Shown piece after piece: positions 21,423-31,772 of a stretch of DNA of 64,000 nt (position 1 is the stretch's first letter; every line of letters starts with the position of its first letter). The stretch lies in the NCBI GenBank assembly GCA_047947115.1, contig CP170459.1:320001-384000 (forward strand), in the 5' to 3' direction. Made by a program: the position numbers and the translations under genes. Source of the DNA: Verrucomicrobiota bacterium. Its GTDB lineage: Bacteria > Verrucomicrobiota > Verrucomicrobiia > Limisphaerales > AAA164-E04. Below the pieces are notes generated by a model, which was given only the letters and a program-made list of their open reading frames with translations, did no database searches and was not told the origin of the DNA.

Positions 21423-21636
21423 GATGTTTTGGCAGGCAAGATTAAGCCATCAGAGAGGAAAGAAAAGCGAGAATTCTCCCGACGATAAAGAAGGTATCGG
21501 GGAGCACGCAAAATTCAAAAAAACAAGGTGCCGCCAAATTTAACAACGATTCGGCCTTGACTTGTCCATGGGTATCGTGTTTCTTTCCCAACTCTGTCCG
21601 GTGCAAACCACCAGACAGCACCTTGAAAAAGGGAAT

Positions 21637-21721
21637 GGTAGGATACCCAAGTGGCCAACGGGGGCAGACTGTAAATCTGCTGGCTTTGCCTTCACAGGTT
21701 CGAATCCTGTTCCTACCACCA
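21637..21721 (+). tRNA. tRNA-Tyr(GTA), copy 1 (left island boundary)
   Basis: GGTAGGA/TCCTACC acceptor stem, GCAGA-CTGTAAA-TCTGC anticodon arm, long variable arm, GGTTCGAATCC, encoded CCA. Confidence 0.97.
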
Positions 21722-22989
21722 CTTTTTCGGGGGATTTTTCAAAATCAACGACTTCCCGCACAGATTCCGCACAGCAAAATGCTAAATTCCCGGTAAAAAT
21801 TTTCTATCGGGGGCAAACCGCGACAATCTACCAGAGATCCACCCGAGATGGCACATACCGGACATCGTGGTATGCGGATGGGAAACGCATTCAGCGGAAC
21901 TTCAAAAGACTTGATGAAGCGAGAGCTGCCGCAATGGTAGCACTTAAATACATCGCTCGGGGAGAAACAACCCTAGCTTCCCTGAACCCATCAAAATTAC
22001 GAGATGCTAAGTTGGCTGAGAATGCACTAAGCGCGTTTGGCATATCTCTTCTAGACGCTGTTACGGAGTATGTGGCGGCAAAAAAGCTCATTCCAAACGA
22101 TTCATTGGAGATCGCAGCTAAGTCTTGGGTAGAAAACCAAGTACAGATACAACCAATTCCGCTGCAAACGGCGGTAAAAGAGTACCTTAATTACAAGAAA
22201 ATACGGATAGCCCCGAGGACATACCGAGAAGAGGAACTGCGTTTGGAGCGGATATGCCAATCCATACAAAAAAATGTTAAGGATTTAACCAAATCTGATT
22301 TAGAACACTTTTTCGGTAAAGAGCTGCATCACCTGAAAGGTAAAAGCCGAAACCATTACCGTCAGACATTTAGGCAGCTATTCAATTATGCAGTAAGACG
22401 CGACTACCTCAGCGAAAAGCACAGATTATTCCAAGTGCTGGTAAACGAACCGACAAATGACTCAGCGCCAGAAATTCTAACTCCTACTGAATATAAGGAC
22501 CTCTTGAGAGAATCCTCGCCCGAAATGCTTCCTGTGATAGCAATAGCAGGGATGACGGGAGCTAGCCGTTCAGAATTACTTAGATTAACTTGGCAGGATA
22601 TATGGCGAGTGAAGAGTTACATTGAACTCGATGCAAAAAAGACGAAAACGAAGCAACGTCGGTTGGTCCCCATTCAGCCATCACTAGCCCTTTGGATAGC
22701 TCCATACAAAGACTACAAAGGCTCATTATGGCCAAGTTCTGAAGGTAGTTTTCATTCCCAGCTTCAAAAACTGATGACAAAATGCAACATTTCGGGCCAA
22801 AATTTATTACGACACAGTTACGCTTCGTACAGACTGGCTCAGATTAAGGACGCATCTCAAGTGGCAATGGAAATGGGTAACAGTCCAGAAAAACTTTTTA
22901 GAAATTACAACCAACTCCGGACACCAAAACAATCTGAGGAATGGTTCTCTATAACTCCCTCTTGTTTGAAAAGTTGCAACAAGCACTAA
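21722..22989 (+). CDS. Tyrosine recombinase/integrase 1 (start unresolved; frame open through the tRNA from 21562)
   Basis: N-terminal YRTSWYADGKRIQRNF, core-binding helices, TGASRSE, KTKTKQRR, NLLRHSYAS, MGNS, NY. Confidence 0.85.
21756..21774 (+). promoter_or_regulatory. Putative integrase arm-type sites, left
   Basis: CCGCACAG twice with 11-bp period; matching pair at 35491-35509. Confidence 0.55.
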
Positions 22990-23367
22990 AAATCTAATCG
23001 TTTAAACTAAGATTTTCCCTCCCTCCTACCCTACAGGCCCTCCACAAAGACTCAAGAAACCACCAAGTGACACACCCTCCCCCAACCCGGAACCCATACA
23101 AATGGTTCTGGATATGGGCTTTTACAGGGGGCCTACCCCGTGTGTCAGCGTACAACACACACGGAAAAATTTATGGCCCCGGAATCAACATATGCGCAAG
23201 TCAAGGATCTGAATTGGAAACGGGTTCAGGGGTTGGTGACAAATTTGTGTTTTATGCGATTGTTTATGATTCTAATTTCACTATCCAGTTATTTTTGCAT
23301 TTTTTAAGTAATAATACTTAATCTGGCATGATATTTGGAAAGCGTAATTATTATTATTAAAATTATT

Positions 23368-24715
23368 GGTTCTTCGACAATTCCAGTGGAATTAAATTAA
23401 GCCGGGATTCTGAGTTTGCCGGCTACAAAGTAAAGCATAGTGATCATGTATACGGATGAGCGAAAACCTCTGGCCTTCCGCTTGACCGCGCTGAAAACGC
23501 TATTCAATCCTTCCATGAACGCTGTGGTCAGTTTCTTTTTCCAATGAGCAAGTATACCTTCCAAGTGACGTTCAATACTGTTTGCCACCTTGATCATTGG
23601 TTCCAACAAGTCCCCTGAATTTTTCGCCCTTCGTTTTACCCATCCTATCCATTTGACCATGTTTTTTCGCGCTGTAACCTCATTGCGACTGCGATAGACT
23701 TGTTGGAAATTTAATCGCATCTGGTAGGCGATTCCGGTTACTAAATTCTTCAAATCCAATTCCTCTAGCTGCTGGGTTTGACTCTTGGTTAGATTGGAGG
23801 GATTTTTACGAAATATCCAACGACTTGCTTTGAGCTCCTTTTTGGAATCCTTGTCTCCTTGATTTGCTTCGGCTTTGCGCACTTTATCGACTGCGTCATT
23901 GACCATGGCCACAGCATGATACTTGTCGAATACAATCTCTGCGTTGCCTAGATTCTCCCTTACTCCCTTTTGATAGGCCGGACTCATATCGATGGCAACT
24001 TGAGTGATCGCTTTTGGATGTCCGTTGTGCGCATATAACGCATCTGCAAAGCGTTGGAATGTTTCAGCGTCTTTGCCCTCGGTGGCAAAAATGACTCGCT
24101 TCTCCATCAAATCAGCAAACACCGTCAGGTAATCATGCCCTTTGCGTGCAGACAATTCGTCCGCACCGATCCAAACCACTTCACTCATATCCAACTTTGA
24201 ATAAGCTTCGTCGACATGGGCAAAAAGAATGCGCCACATGCGTTGATCACACTCTCCAATCAGTCCTGATGCTTTACTAACCGGCATCTCCCTCATCAAT
24301 GCCAACGCAAACCCCTCAAACGCCTGAGTAAAATGTTTTCCTTTACCCTCCCAGGGAACTTTAACCCGATAGGTTCGGTGACAAGATGGGCATTTGCCGC
24401 GAGGCACATTGCAGAGAATTTCAGATCGTTTTCCAAATACATCCATATGTCGCCAAGACCTTGTTTCGGTGTGATCGTAACAGGTAATCCCAGACGATTT
24501 GCAGGTCTGATGGGGACAAACTTCTTTCTCCCAGAGTTTGTCAGTTTCAGTAATAACCATGAAAAACTTTTCCGTCTCAGAATCGTAGTCAACGCCTCGA
24601 ACTTTCCAACACTCATCTAGCCCCAGCAATCCATGTATGGTCTTCTCAATATTCATGGAGCCATCATCTCACGATAGTTCCAAATGCTCAATTCCACTGT
24701 TTTTGTCGAAGAACC
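23368..24715 (-). mobile_element. ISL3-family insertion sequence, copy 1 (1348 bp)
   Basis: Terminal IRs GGTTCTTCGACAA...TTGTCGAAGAACC enclosing the transposase. Confidence 0.93.
23397..24656 (-). CDS. ISL3-family transposase
   Basis: Zinc finger (CPHQTC, CPSC), IGADE, AIDMSPAY, FDKYH, EGLNS, ARGFRS. Confidence 0.95.
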   Translation of the reverse strand: MNIEKTIHGLLGLDECWKVRGVDYDSETEKFFMVITETDKLWEKEVCPHQTCKSSGITCYDHTETRSWRHMDVFGKRSEILCNVPRGKCPSCHRTYRVKVPWEGKGKHFTQAFEGFALALMREMPVSKASGLIGECDQRMWRILFAHVDEAYSKLDMSEVVWIGADELSARKGHDYLTVFADLMEKRVIFATEGKDAETFQRFADALYAHNGHPKAITQVAIDMSPAYQKGVRENLGNAEIVFDKYHAVAMVNDAVDKVRKAEANQGDKDSKKELKASRWIFRKNPSNLTKSQTQQLEELDLKNLVTGIAYQMRLNFQQVYRSRNEVTARKNMVKWIGWVKRRAKNSGDLLEPMIKVANSIERHLEGILAHWKKKLTTAFMEGLNSVFSAVKRKARGFRSSVYMITMLYFVAGKLRIPA

Positions 24716-24720
24716 TTTTT

Positions 24721-26068
24721 GGTTCTTCGACAATTCCAGTGGAATTAAATTAAGCCGGGATTCTGAGTTTGCCGGCTACAAAGTAAAGCATAGTGGTCAT
24801 GTATACGGATGAGCGAAAACCTCTGGCCTTCCGCTTGACCGCGCTGAAAACGCTATTCAATCCTTCCATGAACGCTGTGGTCAGTTTCTTTTTCCAATGA
24901 GCAAGTATACCTTCCAAGTGACGTTCAATACTGTTTGCCACCTTGATCATTGGTTCCAACAAGTCCCCTGAATTTTTCGCCCTTCGTTTTACCCATCCTA
25001 TCCATTTGACCATGTTTTTTCGCGCTGTAACCTCATTGCGACTGCGATAGACTTGTTGGAAATTTAATCGCATCTGGTAGGCGATTCCGGTTACTAAATT
25101 CTTCAAATCCAATTCCTCTAGCTGCTGGGTTTGACTCTTGGTTAGATTGGAGGGATTTTTACGAAATATCCAACGACTTGCTTTGAGCTCCTTTTTGGAA
25201 TCCTTGTCTCCTTGATTTGCTTCGGCTTTGCGCACTTTATCGACTGCGTCATTGACCATGGCCACAGCATGATACTTGTCGAATACAATCTCTGCGTTGC
25301 CTAGATTCTCCCTTACTCCCTTTTGATAGGCCGGACTCATATCGATGGCAACTTGAGTGATCGCTTTTGGATGTCCGTTGTGCGCATATAACGCATCTGC
25401 AAAGCGTTGGAATGTTTCAGCGTCTTTGCCCTCGGTGGCAAAAATGACTCGCTTCTCCATCAAATCAGCAAACACCGTCAGGTAATCATGCCCTTTGCGT
25501 GCAGACAATTCGTCCGCACCGATCCAAACCACTTCACTCATATCCAACTTGGAATAAGCTTCGTCGACATGGGCAAAAAGAATGCGCCACATGCGTTGAT
25601 CACACTCTCCAATCAGTCCTGATGCTTTACTAACCGGCATCTCCCTCATCAATGCCAACGCAAACCCCTCAAACGCCTGAGTAAAATGTTTTCCTTTACC
25701 CTCCCAGGGAACTTTAACCCGATAGGTTCGGTGACAAGATGGGCATTTGCCGCGAGGCACATTGCAGAGAATTTCAGATCGTTTTCCAAATACATCCATA
25801 TGTCGCCAAGACCTTGTTTCGGTGTGATCGTAACAGGTAATCCCAGACGATTTGCAGGTCTGATGGGGACAAACTTCTTTCTCCCAGAGTTTGTCAGTTT
25901 CAGTAATAACCATGAAAAACTTTTCCGTCTCAGAATCGTAGTCAACGCCTCGAACTTCCCAACACTCATCTAGTCCCAGCAATCCATGTATGGTCTTCTC
26001 AATATTCATGGAGCCATCATCTCACGATAGTTCCAAATGCTCAATTCCATTGTTTTTGTCGAAGAACC
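24721..26068 (-). mobile_element. ISL3-family insertion sequence, copy 2 (tandem with copy 1, TTTTT spacer)
   Basis: Same IRs and length; a few SNPs versus copy 1. Confidence 0.93.
24750..26009 (-). CDS. ISL3-family transposase
   Basis: Near-identical to 23397-24656 (K18E and I-to-T near the C-terminus). Confidence 0.95.
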   Translation of the reverse strand: MNIEKTIHGLLGLDECWEVRGVDYDSETEKFFMVITETDKLWEKEVCPHQTCKSSGITCYDHTETRSWRHMDVFGKRSEILCNVPRGKCPSCHRTYRVKVPWEGKGKHFTQAFEGFALALMREMPVSKASGLIGECDQRMWRILFAHVDEAYSKLDMSEVVWIGADELSARKGHDYLTVFADLMEKRVIFATEGKDAETFQRFADALYAHNGHPKAITQVAIDMSPAYQKGVRENLGNAEIVFDKYHAVAMVNDAVDKVRKAEANQGDKDSKKELKASRWIFRKNPSNLTKSQTQQLEELDLKNLVTGIAYQMRLNFQQVYRSRNEVTARKNMVKWIGWVKRRAKNSGDLLEPMIKVANSIERHLEGILAHWKKKLTTAFMEGLNSVFSAVKRKARGFRSSVYMTTMLYFVAGKLRIPA

Positions 26069-26258
26069 AATTTTTTTTACAATATATACATGTTTTGACG
26101 TTAATCCAGAGTTTTCTTCATTTTCTTATCAAGTGGATTATAAAAAAACAATTGTTTTGACGCCTGTAAAAACAGACTTTCTTATCTCATGAGGATACGA
26201 AAACAGATCATCTTGTTAGCTGTTGGGTAATCTACCCACGTGAAACCAGATCGAATCT

Positions 26259-26360
26259 CAAAAAGTTGAGGAGAAAACCAAAACTGGCTTTCTCCTCTTG
26301 GGTGACCCTAAGTACATTGCGAAACATAGGATCTTGGCTTGGTTAGCTTATGAGTAACCG
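26259..26360 (-). other. Multi-hairpin element A (candidate small RNA/terminator)
   Basis: Three hairpins; shares CATTGCGAAACA and GAGGAGAAA..TTTCTCCTC with 29790-29895. Confidence 0.4.
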
Positions 26361-26436
26361 CAAATGTGTGTACTATGTATTTTTTTCTTTTTGAAGCTTT
26401 TTTTCTGTGTTCTGCCTTAATTTAAGAAATACTTTG

Positions 26437-26988
26437 TTATCGACTCCACTCATTAACTTTCTTTAGGGTAGCCTTGCTAATCGTCGGTTTACCACTGGGA
26501 TTATTAACGTATCCTACAAATTCCATTATAGATGGATTACTTTCTTCATACGCGTAACTATATTTAGTGACGAATTGATCTTTCTTGGGGTCTAATCCAC
26601 ACAGGGGATCAAAAGTGAACTCTATTTTTGAATCACTGGAAAACGACAATGCTAAGGTCGGAGCATTACCCAAAGCACAATAATGAGTAGCAGTCAATTT
26701 TCCTGCCTTGTCATGATAGATTGTGACCATCGGTTCGTCTTCCTTCATTGGCGCAGTTTCTTCAATCCAACTTTCCATAATGCTAGCCCCTCCGCCTATG
26801 AGCTTGTATTCAGTCCGCAGAAAAACACTTTCTCCATTACTGCGTTTAATAATACCTTCCCATTTACCGGTTAGTTTCAGTAACTTTACGAATCCTGAAC
26901 TGCTTGTGGTTTTTGGCTCCTGTTCTGCTGCGTTTAGCATGTAAACCAAAGTTTGCAACACACATAAAGTACATAGTAATTTTCTCAT
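26437..26988 (-). CDS. Secreted hypothetical protein (beta-barrel-like)
   Basis: Signal peptide, LTGKWEG, THYCALGN; 183 aa. Confidence 0.75.
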   Translation of the reverse strand: MRKLLCTLCVLQTLVYMLNAAEQEPKTTSSSGFVKLLKLTGKWEGIIKRSNGESVFLRTEYKLIGGGASIMESWIEETAPMKEDEPMVTIYHDKAGKLTATHYCALGNAPTLALSFSSDSKIEFTFDPLCGLDPKKDQFVTKYSYAYEESNPSIMEFVGYVNNPSGKPTISKATLKKVNEWSR

Positions 26989-27048
26989 ATTTTTTATTAT
27001 CTATTTTGATTTATATTGTAACCCAGAAATTAATGTATGTTGATACCA

Positions 27049-29136
27049 CTACATTGATATTTTATCATAAACAATAAATTGGTTCGGCTCACCACTACCA
27101 TTATACCAAACACCTCTCCTTTGTTCATACCATTTATTTTCTGCGACTTTGTAAATTGAATGGTATGTCCCATTAGCATGGTAACTATAAAAATGAGTCA
27201 AACCATTTTTAACTTCTAATTTCATTGGACATACAACTTTCCACATTAATTGACCTTCTGCATTGTATACTTCCAATTGCTCCGTATTTAACGAGATACG
27301 CTTGATACGATAGCTACCATTTTCCATATCAGCTCTCCAAACGCCAGTAAGCTTCTTCCATTCTTGTTCGACAGGATTGTACTTACGATCAGCTCGTAGA
27401 ACTATTTGATAAGAAGGACCTCTTTCCATTATTCGAAGTGCATTCCAGTCCATATTTGGTTCTCGCAACATTTGTATACCTTTTTGTGCAATTTCTGCAA
27501 ACGTTTCATTTACATTTTCTGATGTGGTATCCTTAAAATGTGCGGTCATAAACTCATGATTAACCTTTTCACGTGTTGAGGAAACCAATTTATGTAATCC
27601 CCAACCTTTGATATTGTTATCCAATGATATGACAAGGTTCCAAAACGGTTTTGCAATATTCAACTCAGCGTTTACATATTGCTGCGTCAACCCATTTAAT
27701 GGTGTCATGTGATCATGTTCTATCAAATCAACGTTGATAATACTGGCGTTTTCTTCCCAAACTTGATCCACGATATGATACGTATCGCTACCTGCATCTT
27801 GAAATAATTGCTTGGTTTTCTGCCACAATTCTTGTCGATCGCCTACTAATGCTAAATCTAAATTATTCCAAGATTCTGAATCTTGCATATCTTCATATGA
27901 ACCGTAAACCTGCACAGTCGCGAAATTGGGTTCTCCATCTTTATGATTACTCAATTTATTTAATTGCCAAAGGTGAAGAATTCCTTTTTGCATTCTTTGC
28001 TCGTGTAACATTTTCCATTTAGATTCGGCCTCGAGGTAAGCCGGAATATCTTCATCTTTAACTTTTTTGTAATCAAGTTTCACAAATCCGGTGAACTTTT
28101 TAGCTTCTGATGCTCGTTTAAAGTAGGAACGGTACTGAGTATCCTCGTTTTCGAGAATGTCGGAATCAGCCTCTGGTTCCACTTTTGTCAGAATATAACC
28201 TTGCCCATTGTATTTGTAATCTCCGTTTATCTTTGACTGCCACCGAGCGTGTATTTTGTTCTCACTGATAAATCTTCTTACCAGCCTTCCCTCGCCTTGA
28301 CGTTGCCCCAAAGTGAATGGATCTATAAAGTCCCATCCACCAGTTTGCGCAATACCATTACGATTTACGGACCAAATAATTATTTCGCCGGTATTGGGAT
28401 TCTTTTTACTGATGTTGAAGCCTGCTTCGTTTACTTCTCCTGCTTCGTTGTAAAAAACCCACTTTTCCAATAAGCAGTTGCCTAAATCCCATTTTTGAAA
28501 CTCTATTTCTAGGTTTCGGACGCCAGCTTCGTTGTATGATTCCCATTTACCGATTAAATCATTAAACCTATCATCTAGGATGGGCATTTTACTTCTGTTT
28601 ATGATTAACTCACCAACCTCCACTGGCTTATAATCTATTTTTTCGCTCTCCTCGGGTGAACTTAATTGGCCAAAGAACTTGCCACCAACAACAACATCCT
28701 CAGTCCATGATTCTTTTTTATCTACGGTCGTATTCCATGCATTATGAATGCTACCAGAAGCAATGCCATTTGTTGTGACACCTGAAAATATTACCTTACT
28801 TGAATTTTCTTTGAATAGCTCGTTCGCTATCCCATATGCCCCGTCACTACCCGTCCACAGTCTGTTTCCTATGTTGTTAGTTGTGGGCAATTGATAAATG
28901 TTCCACACTGATATAGGTTCGTGAGTAGTAGGATCAACTGTAACCGAAGTTATTCGGTTAATTCCCACTTCAGCATCCTTATAAACCCAAGTATATCCAG
29001 ACTCTGGATTACCATCATTATTAGTCTTTTTCCATTTCCACGTTCCGTGCAATGGATGATCCTGAGCTGATAATGGAACTGAATGTAGACAATTGGCTAA
29101 TAAAACGCATTTAATTATTAGTAAAATGTTTTTCAT
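27049..29136 (-). CDS. Secreted multidomain hypothetical protein
   Basis: Signal peptide from MKNILL; recurring LHGTW/LIGKW/LTGVW starts of lipocalin-like modules. Confidence 0.78.
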   Translation of the reverse strand: MKNILLIIKCVLLANCLHSVPLSAQDHPLHGTWKWKKTNNDGNPESGYTWVYKDAEVGINRITSVTVDPTTHEPISVWNIYQLPTTNNIGNRLWTGSDGAYGIANELFKENSSKVIFSGVTTNGIASGSIHNAWNTTVDKKESWTEDVVVGGKFFGQLSSPEESEKIDYKPVEVGELIINRSKMPILDDRFNDLIGKWESYNEAGVRNLEIEFQKWDLGNCLLEKWVFYNEAGEVNEAGFNISKKNPNTGEIIIWSVNRNGIAQTGGWDFIDPFTLGQRQGEGRLVRRFISENKIHARWQSKINGDYKYNGQGYILTKVEPEADSDILENEDTQYRSYFKRASEAKKFTGFVKLDYKKVKDEDIPAYLEAESKWKMLHEQRMQKGILHLWQLNKLSNHKDGEPNFATVQVYGSYEDMQDSESWNNLDLALVGDRQELWQKTKQLFQDAGSDTYHIVDQVWEENASIINVDLIEHDHMTPLNGLTQQYVNAELNIAKPFWNLVISLDNNIKGWGLHKLVSSTREKVNHEFMTAHFKDTTSENVNETFAEIAQKGIQMLREPNMDWNALRIMERGPSYQIVLRADRKYNPVEQEWKKLTGVWRADMENGSYRIKRISLNTEQLEVYNAEGQLMWKVVCPMKLEVKNGLTHFYSYHANGTYHSIYKVAENKWYEQRRGVWYNGSGEPNQFIVYDKISM

Positions 29137-29644
29137 TTTTTTGGTATGGTGTTTGTAGTGATTTTGAATAATTGAGGAATGTATGTAGGATATAAAGAAA
29201 GTGGATCTAATGGATGCCATATCTGCGATATGGTGCTGTTCTTATTGTTATCATTTGTAAAGGTTGCCTCGTTTGAATTAGCGGAGCTACAATGAAAGCA
29301 ATGCGGACCATTTAATTGACAATTTTCAAATTTACGACCTCTGCGTATTTTTGATTATTAGTTTAACGATGTGATCACATCGAAATAACTTATGAGACCC
29401 TATTCTTCGAGACAGAATAAGCAACTTTTAAATAAATATTTTAAAGATTTGTATGCTTAATTACGTATTGGTTATTTTTTTCTTCATATTCTTCTTTTTT
29501 TTCTTTTATTTGTCACGTATAGTGAGACAACCAATTGTTTTGCAATAATGCAGTATCTGATACGTTTCTAATGGCAGCAATTACCCTTGCTAACAGAAAT
29601 TTACTGCGAGAATCTTTAATTCAATTTTAAATAAGGACAGAAAG

Positions 29645-29895
29645 GAGGAAAAAAACATTGCCATGAATTTCTCCTCGGGGTTGTTTCAATTGTGCCTCGC
29701 ATCACAACGAAACTAAGGCCTGAAAATCACAAAAGTCTGAGGCATATGAGATGGATTGTATCCATACAATATCAACTTGCGCTAATAATTTGAGGAGAAA
29801 GCCGCAGATACAGCTTTCTCCTCTAGTGGGGAGGTTGTTCATTGCGAAACAACTATTAAACGAGCCTGATGTTGATAAGGAATCTATCAACGCCC
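29645..29895 (-). other. Tandem multi-hairpin elements B (29645-29713) and C (29790-29895), candidate small RNAs
   Basis: Stem-loop, C-rich linker and GAGGAGAAA stem architecture as in element A; TGaTATCAT extended -10 at 29901-29909 on the minus strand. Confidence 0.38.
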
Positions 29896-30070
29896 TTAGG
29901 ATGATATCATTTCACGCAATGTGCAATCTATTCTCCAACTTTTGACGTATATATTATATTATGCTATTTTATTTATTTTATCTAATTTATTTTGTCATTT
30001 CTTGAATTGATTACTTCAAATACGAAACTAAAAGTGATGCCTTTCTTTGAAACCTGATTAATTTGTTTGC

Positions 30071-30407
30071 TTTGTTTAGGGTGGAGTGGTGGAGCCTGTT
30101 CATCATTTTCCTGTAAATTTAATGATCAGCTCTGTTTACCATTAGCATTCACTCTTCCACGATTTACGCTACGCTTATTTCTTAAGGACGTCCACCAACA
30201 CAATACAAAATATCCCTGAGAATCTATGTATTACATTGTTGTTGTAAATGTTGCATGTTTTGTTCAGGGTGGAGTGGTGGACCCTGTTTTCTAATTAAAT
30301 GAAATTTTTAAATTTTAATGTATCAATGGATGGGGGGAATAGAGTGGATGTCCGGGGAATGCAAAATTCATGGTAAAACCAGAAACTAGCCCCACCACTC
30401 CACCCTA
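30071..30407. repeat. AGGGTGGAGTGGTGG repeat cluster (two direct 30-mers, one inverted core)
   Basis: 30071-30100 and 30259-30288 match at 28/30; inverted core at 30392-30407. Confidence 0.8.
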
Positions 30408-30424
30408 CGAATACTACTTCACTT

Positions 30425-31772
30425 GGTTCTTCGACAAAAACAATGGAATTGAGCATTTGGAACTATCGTGAGATGATGGCTCCATGAATATTGAGAAGAC
30501 CATACATGGATTGCTGGGACTAGATGAGTGTTGGGAAGTTCGAGGCGTTGACTACGATTCTGAGACGGAAAAGTTTTTCATGGTTATTACTGAAACTGAC
30601 AAACTCTGGGAGAAAGAAGTTTGTCCCCATCAGACCTGCAAATCGTCTGGGATTACCTGTTACGATCACACCGAAACAAGGTCTTGGCGACATATGGATG
30701 TATTTGGAAAACGATCTGAAATTCTCTGCAATGTGCCTCGCGGCAAATGCCCATCTTGTCACCGAACCTATCGGGTTAAAGTTCCCTGGGAGGGTAAAGG
30801 AAAACATTTTACTCAGGCGTTTGAGGGGTTTGCGTTGGCATTGATGAGGGAGATGCCGGTTAGTAAAGCATCAGGACTGATTGGAGAGTGTGATCAACGC
30901 ATGTGGCGCATTCTTTTTGCCCATGTCGACGAAGCTTATTCCAAGTTGGATATGAGTGATGTAGTTTGGATCGGTGCGGACGAATTGTCTGCTCGCAAAG
31001 GGCATGATTACCTGACGGTGTTTGCTGATTTGATGGAGAAGCGAGTCATTTTTGCCACCGAGGGCAAAGACGCTGAAACATTCCAACGCTTTGCAGATGC
31101 GTTATATGCGCACAACGGACATCCAAAAGCGATCACTCAAGTTGCCATCGATATGAGTCCGGCCTATCAAAAGGGAGTAAGGGAGAATCTAGGCAACGCA
31201 GAGATTGTATTCGACAAGTATCATGCTGTGGCCATGGTCAATGACGCAGTCGATAAAGTGCGCAAAGCCGAAGCAAATCAAGGAGACAAGGATTCCAAAA
31301 AGGAGCTCAAAGCAAGTCGTTGGATATTTCGTAAAAATCCCTCCAATCTAACCAAGAGTCAAACCCAGCAGCTAGAGGAATTGGATTTGAAGAATTTAGT
31401 AACCGGAATCGCCTACCAGATGCGATTAAATTTCCAACAAGTCTATCGCAGTCGCAATGAGGTTACAGCGCGAAAAAACATGGTCAAATGGATAGGATGG
31501 GTAAAACGAAGGGCGAAAAATTCAGGGGACTTGTTGGAACCAATGATCAAGGTGGCAAACAGTATTGAACGTCACTTGGAAGGTATACTTGCTCATTGGA
31601 AAAAGAAACTGACCACAGCGTTCATGGAAGGATTGAATAGCGTTTTCAGCGCGGTCAAGCGGAAGGCCAGAGGTTTTCGCTCATCCGTATACATGACCAC
31701 TATGCTTTACTTTGTAGCCGGCAAACTCAGAATCCCGGCTTAATTTAATTCCACTGGAATTGTCGAAGAACC
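30425..31772 (+). mobile_element. ISL3-family insertion sequence, copy 3 (inverted relative to copies 1 and 2)
   Basis: Same IRs, 1348 bp. Confidence 0.93.
30484..31743 (+). CDS. ISL3-family transposase
   Basis: Near-identical to the other copies (MSDVV vs MSEVV). Confidence 0.95.
   Translation: MNIEKTIHGLLGLDECWEVRGVDYDSETEKFFMVITETDKLWEKEVCPHQTCKSSGITCYDHTETRSWRHMDVFGKRSEILCNVPRGKCPSCHRTYRVKVPWEGKGKHFTQAFEGFALALMREMPVSKASGLIGECDQRMWRILFAHVDEAYSKLDMSDVVWIGADELSARKGHDYLTVFADLMEKRVIFATEGKDAETFQRFADALYAHNGHPKAITQVAIDMSPAYQKGVRENLGNAEIVFDKYHAVAMVNDAVDKVRKAEANQGDKDSKKELKASRWIFRKNPSNLTKSQTQQLEELDLKNLVTGIAYQMRLNFQQVYRSRNEVTARKNMVKWIGWVKRRAKNSGDLLEPMIKVANSIERHLEGILAHWKKKLTTAFMEGLNSVFSAVKRKARGFRSSVYMTTMLYFVAGKLRIPA

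Noticed and set aside
23324..23341. TGGCATG-N4-TTGG sigma-54-like motif (similar one on the minus strand at ~35942-35959)
   Set aside because: The -12 GC is absent and neither points at an intact gene
24700..24745. Junction promoter at the ISL3 dimer
   Set aside because: A TTGTCG -35-like hexamer is present but there is no credible -10 at 16-18 bp
26259..29895. Integron attC sites or retron msr-msd as the identity of the hairpin elements
   Set aside because: No clear RYYYAAC/GTTRRRY boxes, and no recognisable IntI or reverse transcriptase in the window
30071..30407. CRISPR array
   Set aside because: Only two direct copies 188 bp apart and no cas genes; the 53768 repeat likewise lacks unique spacers
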